In this document: positions 28,835 to 38,279 of the stretch, in pieces | Layout of the letters: every line of letters starts with the position of its first letter | Position numbering within the stretch: the first letter of the stretch is position 1 | From: Candidatus Pacebacteria bacterium UBA6180 | Lineage (GTDB): Bacteria; Patescibacteriota; Microgenomatia; UBA1400; PJMF01 | Direction of reading: 5' to 3' | Assembly (NCBI GenBank): GCA_002422165.1 | Contig: DITQ01000008.1 | Location: 125,082-189,081 of the forward strand | DNA length: 64,000 nt | The notes under the pieces: model-generated | What the model was told of the DNA's origin: nothing | Databases searched by the model: none | Seen by the model: the letters and a program-made list of their open reading frames with translations, nothing else | Program-made: the position numbers and the translations under genes

Positions 28835-30019
28835 ATGAAAAAAGCCTTATTATTTAGTTATTTTGCTCTTTTTCTAATTTTTGCTGTTTTTTCTTTCGTA
28901 TTAACTGACCCTAATTTATTTTTACTCAAAGCCGACTGGTTCGTTAATTTTCAACTCTATCTCTGGCAAAATTTCCTCCCTCTGCAAACCTGGCGCACTG
29001 GGTTTTTTGTGGTTTTAGTGCTGCTGCTTTTTTGCAATTACATCCTCATCATTAAAAATTGGCCAAAATTAGAGTTGAATAGTCGCCGCGATTTTTGGCT
29101 GTTTCTAGCAGCTCTTAGTTTGCCACTAATTTTGTCTTATAACGCCCTTTCTTACGATCTTTTTAATTATATCTTCAACGCCAAGATGGTCATTGAGTTT
29201 GGTGCTAATCCGCACCTTAGAACTGCCTTGGAGTTTGCCGATGAGCCAATGTTGCGCTTCATGAACAATGTTCACACCGTGGCTCCATACGGTTATGGTT
29301 GGACAGGCTTGTCGCTTTTGCCTTACGCTCTTGCTGGCAGTAAATTTTTGGCTGCCTTCTTCTCTTTTAAGTTGTTTGCTTTGCTGTCTCTGTTGCTTTG
29401 TTTACTGATTAGTGAAAAACTTTTCACCAAGGTTAACTATCGCCAATTGGCCTTGTTTTTTCTAAATCCTTTAGTTCTAATCGAGGTGCTCAGCAGCGCC
29501 CATAACGATTTGTGGATGCTGTCGCCAGCCCTAGGGGCGCTCTACCTGGCAAGTAATTTTGAAAATAAAAAAACAACTAAGCTTTTATTAATTGTCCTGC
29601 TCCTTGGCATTTCTATTTCGATCAAATTCGCCACCATCCTACTACTTCCTTTTATTTTGTACTTGCTTTTGCAAAGCAAATTGCCCAAAATTCCCTACTT
29701 TTACGACTTGATGAGCTTAGCGATGTTTGCGCCACTCTTGACTGAGAGATCAAAACATTTTTTGCCCTGGTATTTACTCTGGGCTTTAATTTTTCTGCCT
29801 TGGCTCAAGAGTAGTCTCTGGCGACAGTTGCTGCTTGTCTTTTCGCTAAGTGCGCTGCTGCGCTACGTGCCTTGGATTTATTATTTGCCGTGGATGAGCT
29901 TTCATCTGGATACGAGCAATTTATTAGCCTATCAAAAAAGCGTTACCTGGCTAATTCCTGCTTTCTTCCTCTTGTCCAAAGGCCTGCTTGTCTTGTTTAA
30001 TAGAAGTCGTGCAAAATAA
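28835..30019 (+). CDS. Integral membrane protein, putative GT-C glycosyltransferase (DUF2029/GT87-like features)
   Basis: Multi-TM. ...ILSYNALSYDLFNYIFNAKMVIEFGANPH...HNDLWM. Start ambiguous: GTG at 28793 or ATG at 28835. Confidence 0.4.
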   Translation: MKKALLFSYFALFLIFAVFSFVLTDPNLFLLKADWFVNFQLYLWQNFLPLQTWRTGFFVVLVLLLFCNYILIIKNWPKLELNSRRDFWLFLAALSLPLILSYNALSYDLFNYIFNAKMVIEFGANPHLRTALEFADEPMLRFMNNVHTVAPYGYGWTGLSLLPYALAGSKFLAAFFSFKLFALLSLLLCLLISEKLFTKVNYRQLALFFLNPLVLIEVLSSAHNDLWMLSPALGALYLASNFENKKTTKLLLIVLLLGISISIKFATILLLPFILYLLLQSKLPKIPYFYDLMSLAMFAPLLTERSKHFLPWYLLWALIFLPWLKSSLWRQLLLVFSLSALLRYVPWIYYLPWMSFHLDTSNLLAYQKSVTWLIPAFFLLSKGLLVLFNRSRAK

Positions 30020-31484
30020 ATCTATTTTTTTCTTTTTGCTTTTACTCGGCCTCTACTTTGGGTTACATTTATTTCGTCTGACTGCTCTTCCAGTTTTCGC
30101 TGATGAGGCCATTTACATTCGTTGGAGTCAATTAATCATTGATGATTTTGATCGCTATTTGTTTTATCCCATGAACGATGGTAAAACTCCGCTTTTGATG
30201 TGGCTAAGCGTCCCACTGCTGCGCTTGATTGACAATCAATTGCTGGCTGCTCGCTTGGTCTCTGTACTTCTTGGGGCTGTCAGCGTTTCTTTCATTTTTT
30301 TGTTACTTCGTGAATTTAAACAAAAGCAGGCCGCTTGGTGGGGGATGTTTTTGACCATCATTGCTCCTTTTACTTTTTTCTACCACCGCCTTGCTTTGAC
30401 TGATTCCTTACTTTTATGTAATTTGATTGTCGCTTATTATTTCACCGTCAAAACTGTGCAGGGTAAAAACTGGCTAACAATTTTTGGATTAGCTTTGTTT
30501 TTTTTCCTCGCCGTCATGAGTAAAACTCCAGCTTTGCTGTTTATTCCAGTTTTTTACTTCACGATTTTTTTGACTCCAAAATTGACTTGGCGAGTACTAC
30601 TGCGACAATTTTTGCTCATTAGTTTTGGTTTAGGCTTAGCACTTTTGACTTTTTACAGCTTTAGGGTAATACCGCTTTTCACTCAGCTTTTTGCCGTTGG
30701 TGGTAATTTTCTCCAAGATCGAGAAACAATTTTATCGGCTGCTATTTGGCCAGTAGTCTGGCGCAATGGCAATTTTTTTCTCGAACAGTTAATGATTTAT
30801 TTAGGACCGATTATTTTAATTTTGGCCCTACCACTTTTCACCAAAACTAGACGTTTGCAACTGATTTTGTTTCTTTCAGCTATTTTATTTCTACTCCCCC
30901 TCATTCTCATGGGTAAAATCATCTACCCTCGATACATTCTGCCCAGTAGTTTTTTGCTGCTTAGTTCCGCAGCAATTTCACTAACTCACTTACGCTTCCA
31001 CAAGTTTTGGCGCGCGCTGCTTTTAGCTCTAATTCTTTGGCCTAGCCTGATGTTTATCCAAACCTCTTATTTCAAAGTCGACCAACTTCCGCTAAGTACA
31101 GCCGACCGTGAACAATTCTTTGAAGAATGGTCTTCAGGCCAAGGCATCAAGGAAGCTAGTGATTTAATTATTGAGCTCGCTAGAAACCAAAAAGTAGCTG
31201 TTGCCACCGAGGGTTATTTTGGCACTTTACCTGACGGGATTTTGCTTAACTTGCACAACAAAGACGTCAGTAATATTTATGTAGAAGGCATTGGCCAACC
31301 AGTGAGAGAAATTCCCAAAGAATTTGTTCGGAGAGCGGAAGATTTTGACCTCAAATTATTAGTCGTTAATTCACATCGTATGAAAATAGAACTCCCATCC
31401 TCACAGTTGCTTAGAAGCTACTGTCGACCCAATCAAGCTCCTTGCTTGCAGATTTGGCAGTTAAACGAAGAAAATTTTAAGTAA
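29988..31484 (+). CDS. GT-C membrane glycosyltransferase, ArnT/PMT-like
   Basis: LHLFRLTALPVFADEAIYIRWSQ... (DE motif), multi-TM, 498 aa. Confidence 0.7.
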   Translation: MSCLIEVVQNKSIFFFLLLLGLYFGLHLFRLTALPVFADEAIYIRWSQLIIDDFDRYLFYPMNDGKTPLLMWLSVPLLRLIDNQLLAARLVSVLLGAVSVSFIFLLLREFKQKQAAWWGMFLTIIAPFTFFYHRLALTDSLLLCNLIVAYYFTVKTVQGKNWLTIFGLALFFFLAVMSKTPALLFIPVFYFTIFLTPKLTWRVLLRQFLLISFGLGLALLTFYSFRVIPLFTQLFAVGGNFLQDRETILSAAIWPVVWRNGNFFLEQLMIYLGPIILILALPLFTKTRRLQLILFLSAILFLLPLILMGKIIYPRYILPSSFLLLSSAAISLTHLRFHKFWRALLLALILWPSLMFIQTSYFKVDQLPLSTADREQFFEEWSSGQGIKEASDLIIELARNQKVAVATEGYFGTLPDGILLNLHNKDVSNIYVEGIGQPVREIPKEFVRRAEDFDLKLLVVNSHRMKIELPSSQLLRSYCRPNQAPCLQIWQLNEENFK

Positions 31485-31513
31485 ATTTTAAGTTGAAGAC
31501 TTAATATCTGTCT

Positions 31514-31942
31514 GTGACAGATGTTTTCTTACTGACTCAAGCTATAGAAGAAGTGATTGACCAGATGAAATCGGCCAATCAACAATTAATTTTAATAAAT
31601 AAAATTAACTTTCCAGCAGAAATGAAACTACAAGGCAAGAAAAAAATCTTTACACAATTTTTCTATGAGCTACTTTGCAAAGCTGAACTTTCTTATCAAG
31701 AAACAGTTTCCAATAAAATTATTTTACTCACCAGCAAATTTGAAACTGACCAAAAATTGTCGATTAGTATTACTGACGGAGGTCATCTAAACAAACCATA
31801 CTCGCTTCGAGATGTAAATCTAAATGACCGCCTAGCAAGCGTCATAATTGCACTAAAAAATGAATTTTCTGGTAAATTAGAAATCATCAGTCGCAATAGC
31901 AAAGGTAAAACCATCAAATGTCTTTTGCCCTTAAATCAATAA
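31514..31942 (+). CDS. Hypothetical protein with degenerate histidine-kinase-like ATPase (HATPase_c-like) features
   Basis: 142 aa. ...FFYELLCKAEL (N-box-like, but without Asn), SISITDGGHL (G1-like), ...GKTIKCLLPL (C-terminal HK-like). No DHp/His domain. Start is GTG at 31514; other in-frame starts are possible. Confidence 0.35.
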   Translation: MTDVFLLTQAIEEVIDQMKSANQQLILINKINFPAEMKLQGKKKIFTQFFYELLCKAELSYQETVSNKIILLTSKFETDQKLSISITDGGHLNKPYSLRDVNLNDRLASVIIALKNEFSGKLEIISRNSKGKTIKCLLPLNQ

Positions 31943-32588
31943 ATTTGTAGCCACGATTTTTGTAAGTTAAGATTTGAAAATCTTCCGCTGGTAATTTAGA
32001 ACGAATTCTCCTGATGTAGACACTAATGGTTTTTTTAATTGGCAGAACTTCCCTATAACCCCAAACATAACTGGCAATTGTCTCATAAGAAATAACCATG
32101 TTTTGGTGCCTGATCAAGCACTCTAGAATTTTAAGCTCTTGAGGACGTAGTTGTAAATTTGCCTGCGCAGAAAAATTATTTTCTCTAAGTAAGAATTGGT
32201 TATTTTCTAAAAAGTCTTGGTTGCCTAGTTTGCGCATGCGTAGTAAATTATTAATTTTTAACAACAATTCACCAAAGTGTAGCGGCTTAGCCAGAAAATC
32301 ATCAGCCAACTTAAGTGTCTCAATCCTCTCTGCTAAAGATTTGTGGCGACTAATCACTAGGGTCCGAAGAAACAAATGTCGTTCTTTAATTTTTTCCAAT
32401 AAATCTAGACTACTGCCATCTGCTAATTTTCGCTCAGCAACCAACAAATCAAAGCTGTCTTTTTTAAGCAATTCTTCAGCCCTAGTAAGCGACTGGACAC
32501 AATTCACCAAATGACCTCTTTTTTCCAATAACGTCCTTAGAGAAGACATTACAAAATAATCATGGTCTAGAATTAAGATTTTTTGCAT
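31914..32588 (-). CDS. OmpR/PhoB-family response regulator (REC + winged-helix) with Glu at the phospho-acceptor position
   Basis: ILILDHDYF..., DLLVAERKLADGSS (aligns with DLILLDWMLPGGSG of PhoB, so D->E), LAKPL (conserved Lys). C-terminal ISYETIASYVWGY...VYIRRIRSKL...GYKF (trans_reg_C). Confidence 0.75.
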   Translation of the reverse strand: MQKILILDHDYFVMSSLRTLLEKRGHLVNCVQSLTRAEELLKKDSFDLLVAERKLADGSSLDLLEKIKERHLFLRTLVISRHKSLAERIETLKLADDFLAKPLHFGELLLKINNLLRMRKLGNQDFLENNQFLLRENNFSAQANLQLRPQELKILECLIRHQNMVISYETIASYVWGYREVLPIKKTISVYIRRIRSKLPAEDFQILTYKNRGYKFIDLRAKDI

Positions 32589-32662
32589 TGTGTTGACCTC
32601 ATGTCACCAAAAAACTCTTTTTGTTATATAATCGAAACATAAAATAATCTTAAAATTTAGAC

Positions 32663-32733
32663 TCCCGGGTAGTGAAATGGCATCACCACTGACTCTGAAT
32701 CAGTTATTCTAGGTTCGAATCCTAGCCCGGGAT
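32663..32733 (+). tRNA. tRNA-Gln (anticodon CUG)
   Basis: Manual fold: acceptor TCCCGGG/CCCGGGA, D-arm GTGA-AATGGCA-TCAC, anticodon arm ACTGA-CTCTGAA-TCAGT (U33, anticodon CTG, A37), T-arm CTAGG-TTCGAAT-CCTAG, discriminator T. CCA is not encoded. Confidence 0.8.
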
Positions 32734-32743
32734 CAATCAATTT

Positions 32744-32992
32744 ATGACAAACAACGAAAATTTGGAAAAAGAAATCCACCAACTAAACAAAACTATCCTC
32801 AAACTTGATAAACGTCACAATCTAACTAATTCGCTACTTAGAGGAATTTTTTATGGACTAGGCTCTGTCATTGGTGCTACTATGGTATTCGCTTTGCTAG
32901 CTTACTTATTGCGAAATATAGAATTGATTCCTGTCATCGGGTCTTGGACTGCACAGCTCATAGAACACGTTAATAGTGTCTCTAGCAAATAA
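32744..32992 (+). CDS. Small membrane protein (hypothetical)
   Basis: 82 aa with an N-terminal coiled-coil-like region and one TM helix (GIFYGLGSVIGATMVFALLAYLL). Confidence 0.4.
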   Translation: MTNNENLEKEIHQLNKTILKLDKRHNLTNSLLRGIFYGLGSVIGATMVFALLAYLLRNIELIPVIGSWTAQLIEHVNSVSSK

Positions 32993-33006
32993 CCCCAATT
33001 TTTTAG

Positions 33007-33720
33007 TTGGAAATCCTACCAGAAATTCTATATAATTTTTCTGTGATTCAATTAATCAAAAAAAACGCTCAAGTCTTTTCATATCTCATCGGCATTGATC
33101 TGGCCATTGTTTTATTACATCTTTTTCTAGCCAGAAACTGGACCTTTTTTCATCTAGATCATGAGTTAAATTTACCTACTTTTTGGCAATCTGGAAAATT
33201 AATTTTGTTTGGCAGTTTATATTTTTTGACCAGCTTCACCAAAAGATTTGGCAAAGAACTTAGATCATTCATCTTACCACTTGCTATTTTCACCACTTTT
33301 TTAGGCTTAGATGAGTTGCTACAAATTCACGAGAATATTTACCGTATCTTTGAATTTTTACCTTGGTTACACCCCAGTAAAATTGTTGATGCTTCCATGA
33401 AACTTGGTTACAGATCTTCACTATGGATTCTCTACTATCTCCCTTTCATCTTTTTGTTTGTCTTTTGGAGTGGCTATTGGCTGCGTTACTTCCAAGACAG
33501 AATTAAGAGCAATTTTTGGATTATCTTGGTCAGCAGTTTTTCTCTGTTGACCATTTTAGTTATGGAGGTCATGAGTTCAACCGGCACTTACAGCGACAAC
33601 ACTTATTTCATCATGGTTACCATCGAAGAAAGCGCCGAAATGTTGCTTGGCTCCACTCTGGTTTTAGTCGGACTCAAGGTTCTTGACCGAGCTATTTCGC
33701 AAAAAACAAAAAATCGCTAA
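33007..33720 (+). CDS. Integral membrane protein (hypothetical)
   Basis: 237 aa with about 6 TM helices; no recognised motif. Confidence 0.45.
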   Translation: MEILPEILYNFSVIQLIKKNAQVFSYLIGIDLAIVLLHLFLARNWTFFHLDHELNLPTFWQSGKLILFGSLYFLTSFTKRFGKELRSFILPLAIFTTFLGLDELLQIHENIYRIFEFLPWLHPSKIVDASMKLGYRSSLWILYYLPFIFLFVFWSGYWLRYFQDRIKSNFWIILVSSFSLLTILVMEVMSSTGTYSDNTYFIMVTIEESAEMLLGSTLVLVGLKVLDRAISQKTKNR

Positions 33721-33769
33721 TTCTCTATATCATTTGTGCTTACCACACTGACTATGTTAAGATATTTTT

Positions 33770-34294
33770 ATGCTTAATCTTTCCCCGGTGCTTAAGCACC
33801 CCACCTTTCAAAAATTAGATCAAGAGTTGGAGGCAGTTTTTGCCAACGCACCGCATTTGCCGAAAAAGGTTGTTGACGTTTTGGTCAAAATTGCCCCTTA
33901 TATGATGTTGGTTTCTGGTTTGTTTATGATTACTGGCGGTTTACAAAGTATTTTTGGCGCTAATAGCTTCTACCGTATGATGGATTTATGGATGAACACT
34001 CCTCCTTTTTACTTTTATCTAATCGGCTTGCTACAAATTGTCGCCGGCGCACTTTCCATCATAGCCTACCAACCTCTCAGGTCTCGCTTACTAGAAGGTT
34101 GGCAAATTATGTTTATTTTAACCTGGCTCAGCCTGCTAATGAATTTAGTCAGCGTGGGCTTTTTTAGAGACGGCCTTTTTGGCTTACTGCTAAGCCTACT
34201 GCTTAGCCTATACTTGATTTATGAACTCAGACCCGCCTATGTGGGAGCCGATAAACTCAAAAAAGTCCAAACACTAAAAAGAAAAAAGAAATGA
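33770..34294 (+). CDS. Integral membrane protein (hypothetical)
   Basis: 174 aa with about 4 TM helices and a Lys-rich C-terminus. Confidence 0.45.
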   Translation: MLNLSPVLKHPTFQKLDQELEAVFANAPHLPKKVVDVLVKIAPYMMLVSGLFMITGGLQSIFGANSFYRMMDLWMNTPPFYFYLIGLLQIVAGALSIIAYQPLRSRLLEGWQIMFILTWLSLLMNLVSVGFFRDGLFGLLLSLLLSLYLIYELRPAYVGADKLKKVQTLKRKKK

Positions 34295-35361
34295 CTTATC
34301 AGGAAATTGTTGATTTGCTTGGCAGCGATGCTTCTTATTTATTAAAGCATCGCTGCCAGTTATTGCCCAAAGAATTAATTCACTTTCCCAAAGGCGATCA
34401 CGTGGAGCAAGTTTTTGCCAATTCTGATCGCAGCGAAAAAGTCTTGCAAAACCTCTCCAGACTCTATGGTCACGGCAGGTTAGCCAACACTGGCTATCTT
34501 TCAATCTTACCAGTAGATCAAGACATCGAACACAATGCCAATTATTCTTTCTATAAAAACCCTATCTACTTCGATCCTGAGAACGTGGTTAAGTTGGCCA
34601 TGGAAGCAGCCTGCAATGGCGTCGCTTCGACCTTGGGAGCGCTCGGACTGGTCAGCAAGAAATACGCCGATAAAATCCCTTTCATCGTCAAAATCAATCA
34701 CAACGAGCTCCTGACTTATCCAAATAAATGGAATCAGGTACTTTTTGCCTCAGTCAGGCAAGCAGCCGAGATGGGTGCCGTCGCCGTCGGTGCGACCATA
34801 TACTTCGGCTCAACTGACTCTAGTCGCCAAATTACTGAAATCGCTCACGCCTTCGAAGAAGCACATCGACTGGGACTAGCTACTATCCTCTGGTGTTATC
34901 CGCGCAATAGCGCTTGGCAGGAAAAAGACATCAATTATGAAAGTGCTGCTGACGTCACCTCTTATGCTAATCGCTTGGGAGTAACCATCGAAGCTGACAT
35001 CATCAAGCAAAAATTACCTGAAAATGACGGGGCGATGCTTAAGTTTAAATTTGGCAAATATAGTAAAGAAATGTACGAGTCGCTTAGTACCGAAAACCCC
35101 ATCGACCTAGTACGTCTGCAAGTTGTCAATTGCTACGCGGGCAAAATCAGCCTGATTAATTCTGGGGGCGAAAGCAATTCCTCTGGTGATTTTGAGGCTG
35201 ACCTACGTGAAGCTATCAAAACTGCTGTCATCAATAAACGTGGTGGAGGTAGCGGTCTAATTATGGGTCGCAAAGCTTTTAAGAGACCGATGAATGAAGG
35301 CGTTAAAATTATTCAGGCTGTCCAAGACGTTTATTTGACAGAACATATTGATTTAGCTTAA
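34291..35361 (+). CDS. fbaB: Fructose-bisphosphate aldolase class I (FbaB/DhnA type)
   Basis: DASYLLKHRCQLLP..., GYLSILPVDQDIEHNANYSF, NPIDLVRLQV, VINKRGGGSGLIMGRKAFKRPM. Near-colinear with E. coli FbaB. Confidence 0.85.
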   Translation: MTYQEIVDLLGSDASYLLKHRCQLLPKELIHFPKGDHVEQVFANSDRSEKVLQNLSRLYGHGRLANTGYLSILPVDQDIEHNANYSFYKNPIYFDPENVVKLAMEAACNGVASTLGALGLVSKKYADKIPFIVKINHNELLTYPNKWNQVLFASVRQAAEMGAVAVGATIYFGSTDSSRQITEIAHAFEEAHRLGLATILWCYPRNSAWQEKDINYESAADVTSYANRLGVTIEADIIKQKLPENDGAMLKFKFGKYSKEMYESLSTENPIDLVRLQVVNCYAGKISLINSGGESNSSGDFEADLREAIKTAVINKRGGGSGLIMGRKAFKRPMNEGVKIIQAVQDVYLTEHIDLA

Positions 35362-35944
35362 AAAGAGCCTGGCGACGATGAGAAATGGTGTTTTTGAAAT
35401 CTGCTCCTAACTCTGCAAAAGTTTTGTCCTGGCCCTCAGGAATAAAAATCGGATCATAACCGAAGCCTTCTAGTTTGTTGCCTCGTGGCTGCTTAGCAAT
35501 CTGACCCTGAATTTCTCCTTCGAAAAATTGCTTGTCTGAAGTTTTTGGATCGAAAAAACAAATCACACTATAAAATCTAGCTCGGCGATCAACTTTTTCT
35601 TCTAGCAGCTTCAACAAAGCCAAATTTCTCTCTGCAGGCGTACCGGTAAACCAACGGTTGGAATTGACCGAGGGGAAACCATCTAGAGCGGTCACCTCCA
35701 GTCCAGAGTCATCAGCAATGGTTGCCAAGCCAGTCAGGTTGGCATAGGCCTGGGCCTTAAGCCAAGCGTTTTCCCGAAAAGTTTTGCCGTCCTCGACAAC
35801 GTCGAAATCACTCGGAATGACAATACTCAGCTCAGCCAACTTAGCCTGATCCGCGACGCTCACTAATTCCACCCCACTATCCTGGAGAATGGCTAGGATT
35901 TCCCTGATTTTACCCTGGTTGGCGCTAGCGATAAATAAGCGCAT
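35309..35944 (-). CDS. rdgB: Non-canonical purine NTP pyrophosphatase (RdgB/Ham1)
   Basis: IASANQGKIREI, DDSGLEVTALDGFPSV, FGYDPIFIP, ISHRRQAL. 3' end overlaps convergent fbaB by 53 nt. Confidence 0.85.
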   Translation of the reverse strand: MRLFIASANQGKIREILAILQDSGVELVSVADQAKLAELSIVIPSDFDVVEDGKTFRENAWLKAQAYANLTGLATIADDSGLEVTALDGFPSVNSNRWFTGTPAERNLALLKLLEEKVDRRARFYSVICFFDPKTSDKQFFEGEIQGQIAKQPRGNKLEGFGYDPIFIPEGQDKTFAELGADFKNTISHRRQALFKLNQYVLSNKRLGQPE

Positions 35945-35958
35945 GAAGGTTGATTAAA

Positions 35959-36237
35959 TTATTTACCCAGCAAAGAGCCGAGACCACCAGTCATGCTCTG
36001 CAATTTTTTGGCTGCCACTTCCTGTGATTTCTTGATGGCTTCATTGAGGGTTTTGACTAGTTCCTCACTATGAATGCCTTGGACAGAGACATCTTTAATC
36101 TCTTGGCCTCCAGTAATTTTGACGATGATATCACCGCGCTCGACGACAATCTCCTCCGCCGCCAGATCCTGCTGCATCTGTTTGGCCTGCTTGCGCAATT
36201 TATTAAGATCTCCTAGTTGATTCATGAAACCTGCCAT
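35959..36237 (-). CDS. ybaB: Nucleoid-associated protein YbaB/EbfC
   Basis: MAGFMNQLGDLNKLRKQAKQMQQDLAAEEIVVERGDIIVKITGGQEIKDVSV; directly downstream of dnaX as in most bacteria. Confidence 0.85.
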   Translation of the reverse strand: MAGFMNQLGDLNKLRKQAKQMQQDLAAEEIVVERGDIIVKITGGQEIKDVSVQGIHSEELVKTLNEAIKKSQEVAAKKLQSMTGGLGSLLGK

Positions 36238-36266
36238 ATGTCTTCCTTTCCTATTTTTATAGTAAT

Positions 36267-37769
36267 CTATAACAAAGAATCTCGGGCTGCAAGCACCAAG
36301 TCAGTTTCTGCGACTGCTGATGATGGTGCTTGTTCTTGCAAAACAAAATCAAAGTTTAAATTCGTTCCTAACAAATCCAAAGCCACCCGACGCAGGAGGT
36401 CTTTATTTTTGTTTTGTTCGAGCTGCTCTTTGTGAAATGAATAATAGACTGAAATTTGGGCTTTTTCCTGGCTGAGACTGTCTAGGCGGCAAGATTTAAG
36501 TAGGGTGTGCAAGGAAAAGTTTTCACCTGCAAAAGCTTTAACGATTTTTTGCCAAGTCTCTTTAAGGTCAGTGGCTGAAGATGCTGGATCTAGGTCAATT
36601 TTTTTTTTCGCTGCAGGCTTGATAGTGGGAGCTGTTGATTTTGAACTTGATTTCTGTGACTCTGCTGCTTTTGGCTTGTCTTTGGTAGGCGGATTTTTTT
36701 TAGACCTAGTAATAATTTCCAATAACTTGAGTTCGAGAACCAGAAAAGGAATCGGGCTGTCCTGATTGAGGTCGGCACTTAAAGCCTCACGAATGAAAAA
36801 TTGATCCACCGCTGCTTCATAAGTTGGCGCTCCTTTAACCACGCCTAGGTTAAGTAACAAATCGCTATGCAGAAACTGCAAGAAATCCTTGTAAAAATCT
36901 CGCTGGTTGTAATTATTCTCCCGCAATTCTAGGAAAACGCTGGCTAGAGCAGCTTCGTCCTTTTGCATCACCAAGTCAATCAATTTTTTGATGTAGTGAG
37001 CCGTGTCGGTTGCCAAGAGATCTTTGATACTCTCCAGATCTAGTTTGCCACTCTGACAAGCCATCTCCAGAATTTTGACCCCGTCACGAAAACTACCTTC
37101 AGCTCGCAGGGCAATTTTAGACAGATCAGTTGGCTCAAATTTGATTTGCTCAGCCAGCAGCACGCGCTCTAGAGCCTGCTTAATCTCCTCATCACTAGCT
37201 TTGCGAAAATTCACCACGCTACAGCGAGAAACGATGGTCGCCGGAATCTTATGTAGCTCCGTAGTAGCCAAAATAAAAACTACGTGCGCCGGTGGTTCTT
37301 CCAGAATTTTCAAAAGGGCGTTAAAAGCCTCCGTGGTCAGCATATGGACCTCGTCCAAAATGTAGACGGTCATTTTGCCCTCAGTCGGTGGTAAGTTGAT
37401 CCGCTCCTTGAGCAAGCGAATATCGTCGATGCGCCGATTCGAGGCGGCGTCAAGCTCTTGGACGATGAAGGAGTGACCCTCGTAAACGCGACGAGCAAAA
37501 TCGCTCTTGGTGTCTGGCTCCGCGAAAACCAGTTTGGCGGGTGCGGCTTTTTGGAAAAAAAGGTGGTCAACAAGCGCAGCGTTGGCCGGATCATTAAGCA
37601 TCGCTCCCAGAATTCTCGAGGCAGAAGTTTTACCCGTGCCCCGAGGACCAGCGAAGAGCAGCGACTGGGGAACTTTGCCGCTTTGCATCATCTGCTGCAG
37701 GGTTTCCCTGACGGAAGTGATGTTGAGATCAGCGATTTGTTTGGGGCGATAGAGACGGTACCAAGCCAT
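36267..37769 (-). CDS. dnaX: DNA polymerase III subunit gamma/tau
   Basis: YRPKQIADLNITSVRETL...LLFAGPRGTGKTSASRILGAMLN (Walker A), SRC box-like TIVSRCSV. Confidence 0.9.
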   Translation of the reverse strand: MAWYRLYRPKQIADLNITSVRETLQQMMQSGKVPQSLLFAGPRGTGKTSASRILGAMLNDPANAALVDHLFFQKAAPAKLVFAEPDTKSDFARRVYEGHSFIVQELDAASNRRIDDIRLLKERINLPPTEGKMTVYILDEVHMLTTEAFNALLKILEEPPAHVVFILATTELHKIPATIVSRCSVVNFRKASDEEIKQALERVLLAEQIKFEPTDLSKIALRAEGSFRDGVKILEMACQSGKLDLESIKDLLATDTAHYIKKLIDLVMQKDEAALASVFLELRENNYNQRDFYKDFLQFLHSDLLLNLGVVKGAPTYEAAVDQFFIREALSADLNQDSPIPFLVLELKLLEIITRSKKNPPTKDKPKAAESQKSSSKSTAPTIKPAAKKKIDLDPASSATDLKETWQKIVKAFAGENFSLHTLLKSCRLDSLSQEKAQISVYYSFHKEQLEQNKNKDLLRRVALDLLGTNLNFDFVLQEQAPSSAVAETDLVLAARDSLL

Positions 37770-37908
37770 AGGTTGAGTTTACCATTAAAACAGAAGTTGC
37801 GCTTATTTACTTACGCCTAGATTTCAGTTTTTGTCGAATTGACTTCTAGAGGGAGTAAAGTAGAATCTCTCCTTAAAGTTCCTAAATAATGCCTGAGAAA
37901 GGCAAAAA

Positions 37909-38265
37909 ATGCCAAAAGAAGCTAGAATAGCCATTATCGAGGATCATAAAGATTATCTTCAAGTTATTGAAGAATTTCTTCAGGAGAACGGTCACATAAT
38001 TGTAAAAATAGCAACAACTTTCCCAGATGCATTGCTTTTAGCTAAGAATTTAAAAAGATTGAAAGTGAGTATTGTCATACTAGACGGAAATCTCACTCCA
38101 GGCAAAATTGACGGTAAAGAAGGTCAGCTTATATTAACAGCTATTAGAAAATACGCTCCACATATTAAAGTAATTGGAATTAGTTCTGTGAAATTTGAAG
38201 GCGTCGATCTAGACCTATTAAAAAGAAATATAAAAACAATTGGAGAAGCTGTTAACAACCTTTAA
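37909..38265 (+). CDS. Stand-alone response-regulator receiver domain protein (CheY-like)
   Basis: 118 aa: IAIIEDHKDY...VSIVILDGNLTPG...VIGISS. Receiver-like, with no output domain. Confidence 0.6.
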   Translation: MPKEARIAIIEDHKDYLQVIEEFLQENGHIIVKIATTFPDALLLAKNLKRLKVSIVILDGNLTPGKIDGKEGQLILTAIRKYAPHIKVIGISSVKFEGVDLDLLKRNIKTIGEAVNNL

Positions 38266-38279
38266 TAACTTATTATAAC

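Noticed and set aside
28814-28857. Mini-ORF MQNEKSLII* (ATG 28828) with a well-spaced AGGTGG SD upstream of the 28835 GT-C start
   Set aside because: Probably coincidental. It is out of frame with, and nested in, the GT-C start region. Noted only because it makes the GT-C start (GTG 28793 versus ATG 28835) ambiguous.
37770-37908. Expected SRP RNA (ffs) upstream of dnaX, as in many bacteria
   Set aside because: No SRP-like helix-8 motif on either strand; the region is AT-rich promoter-like sequence.
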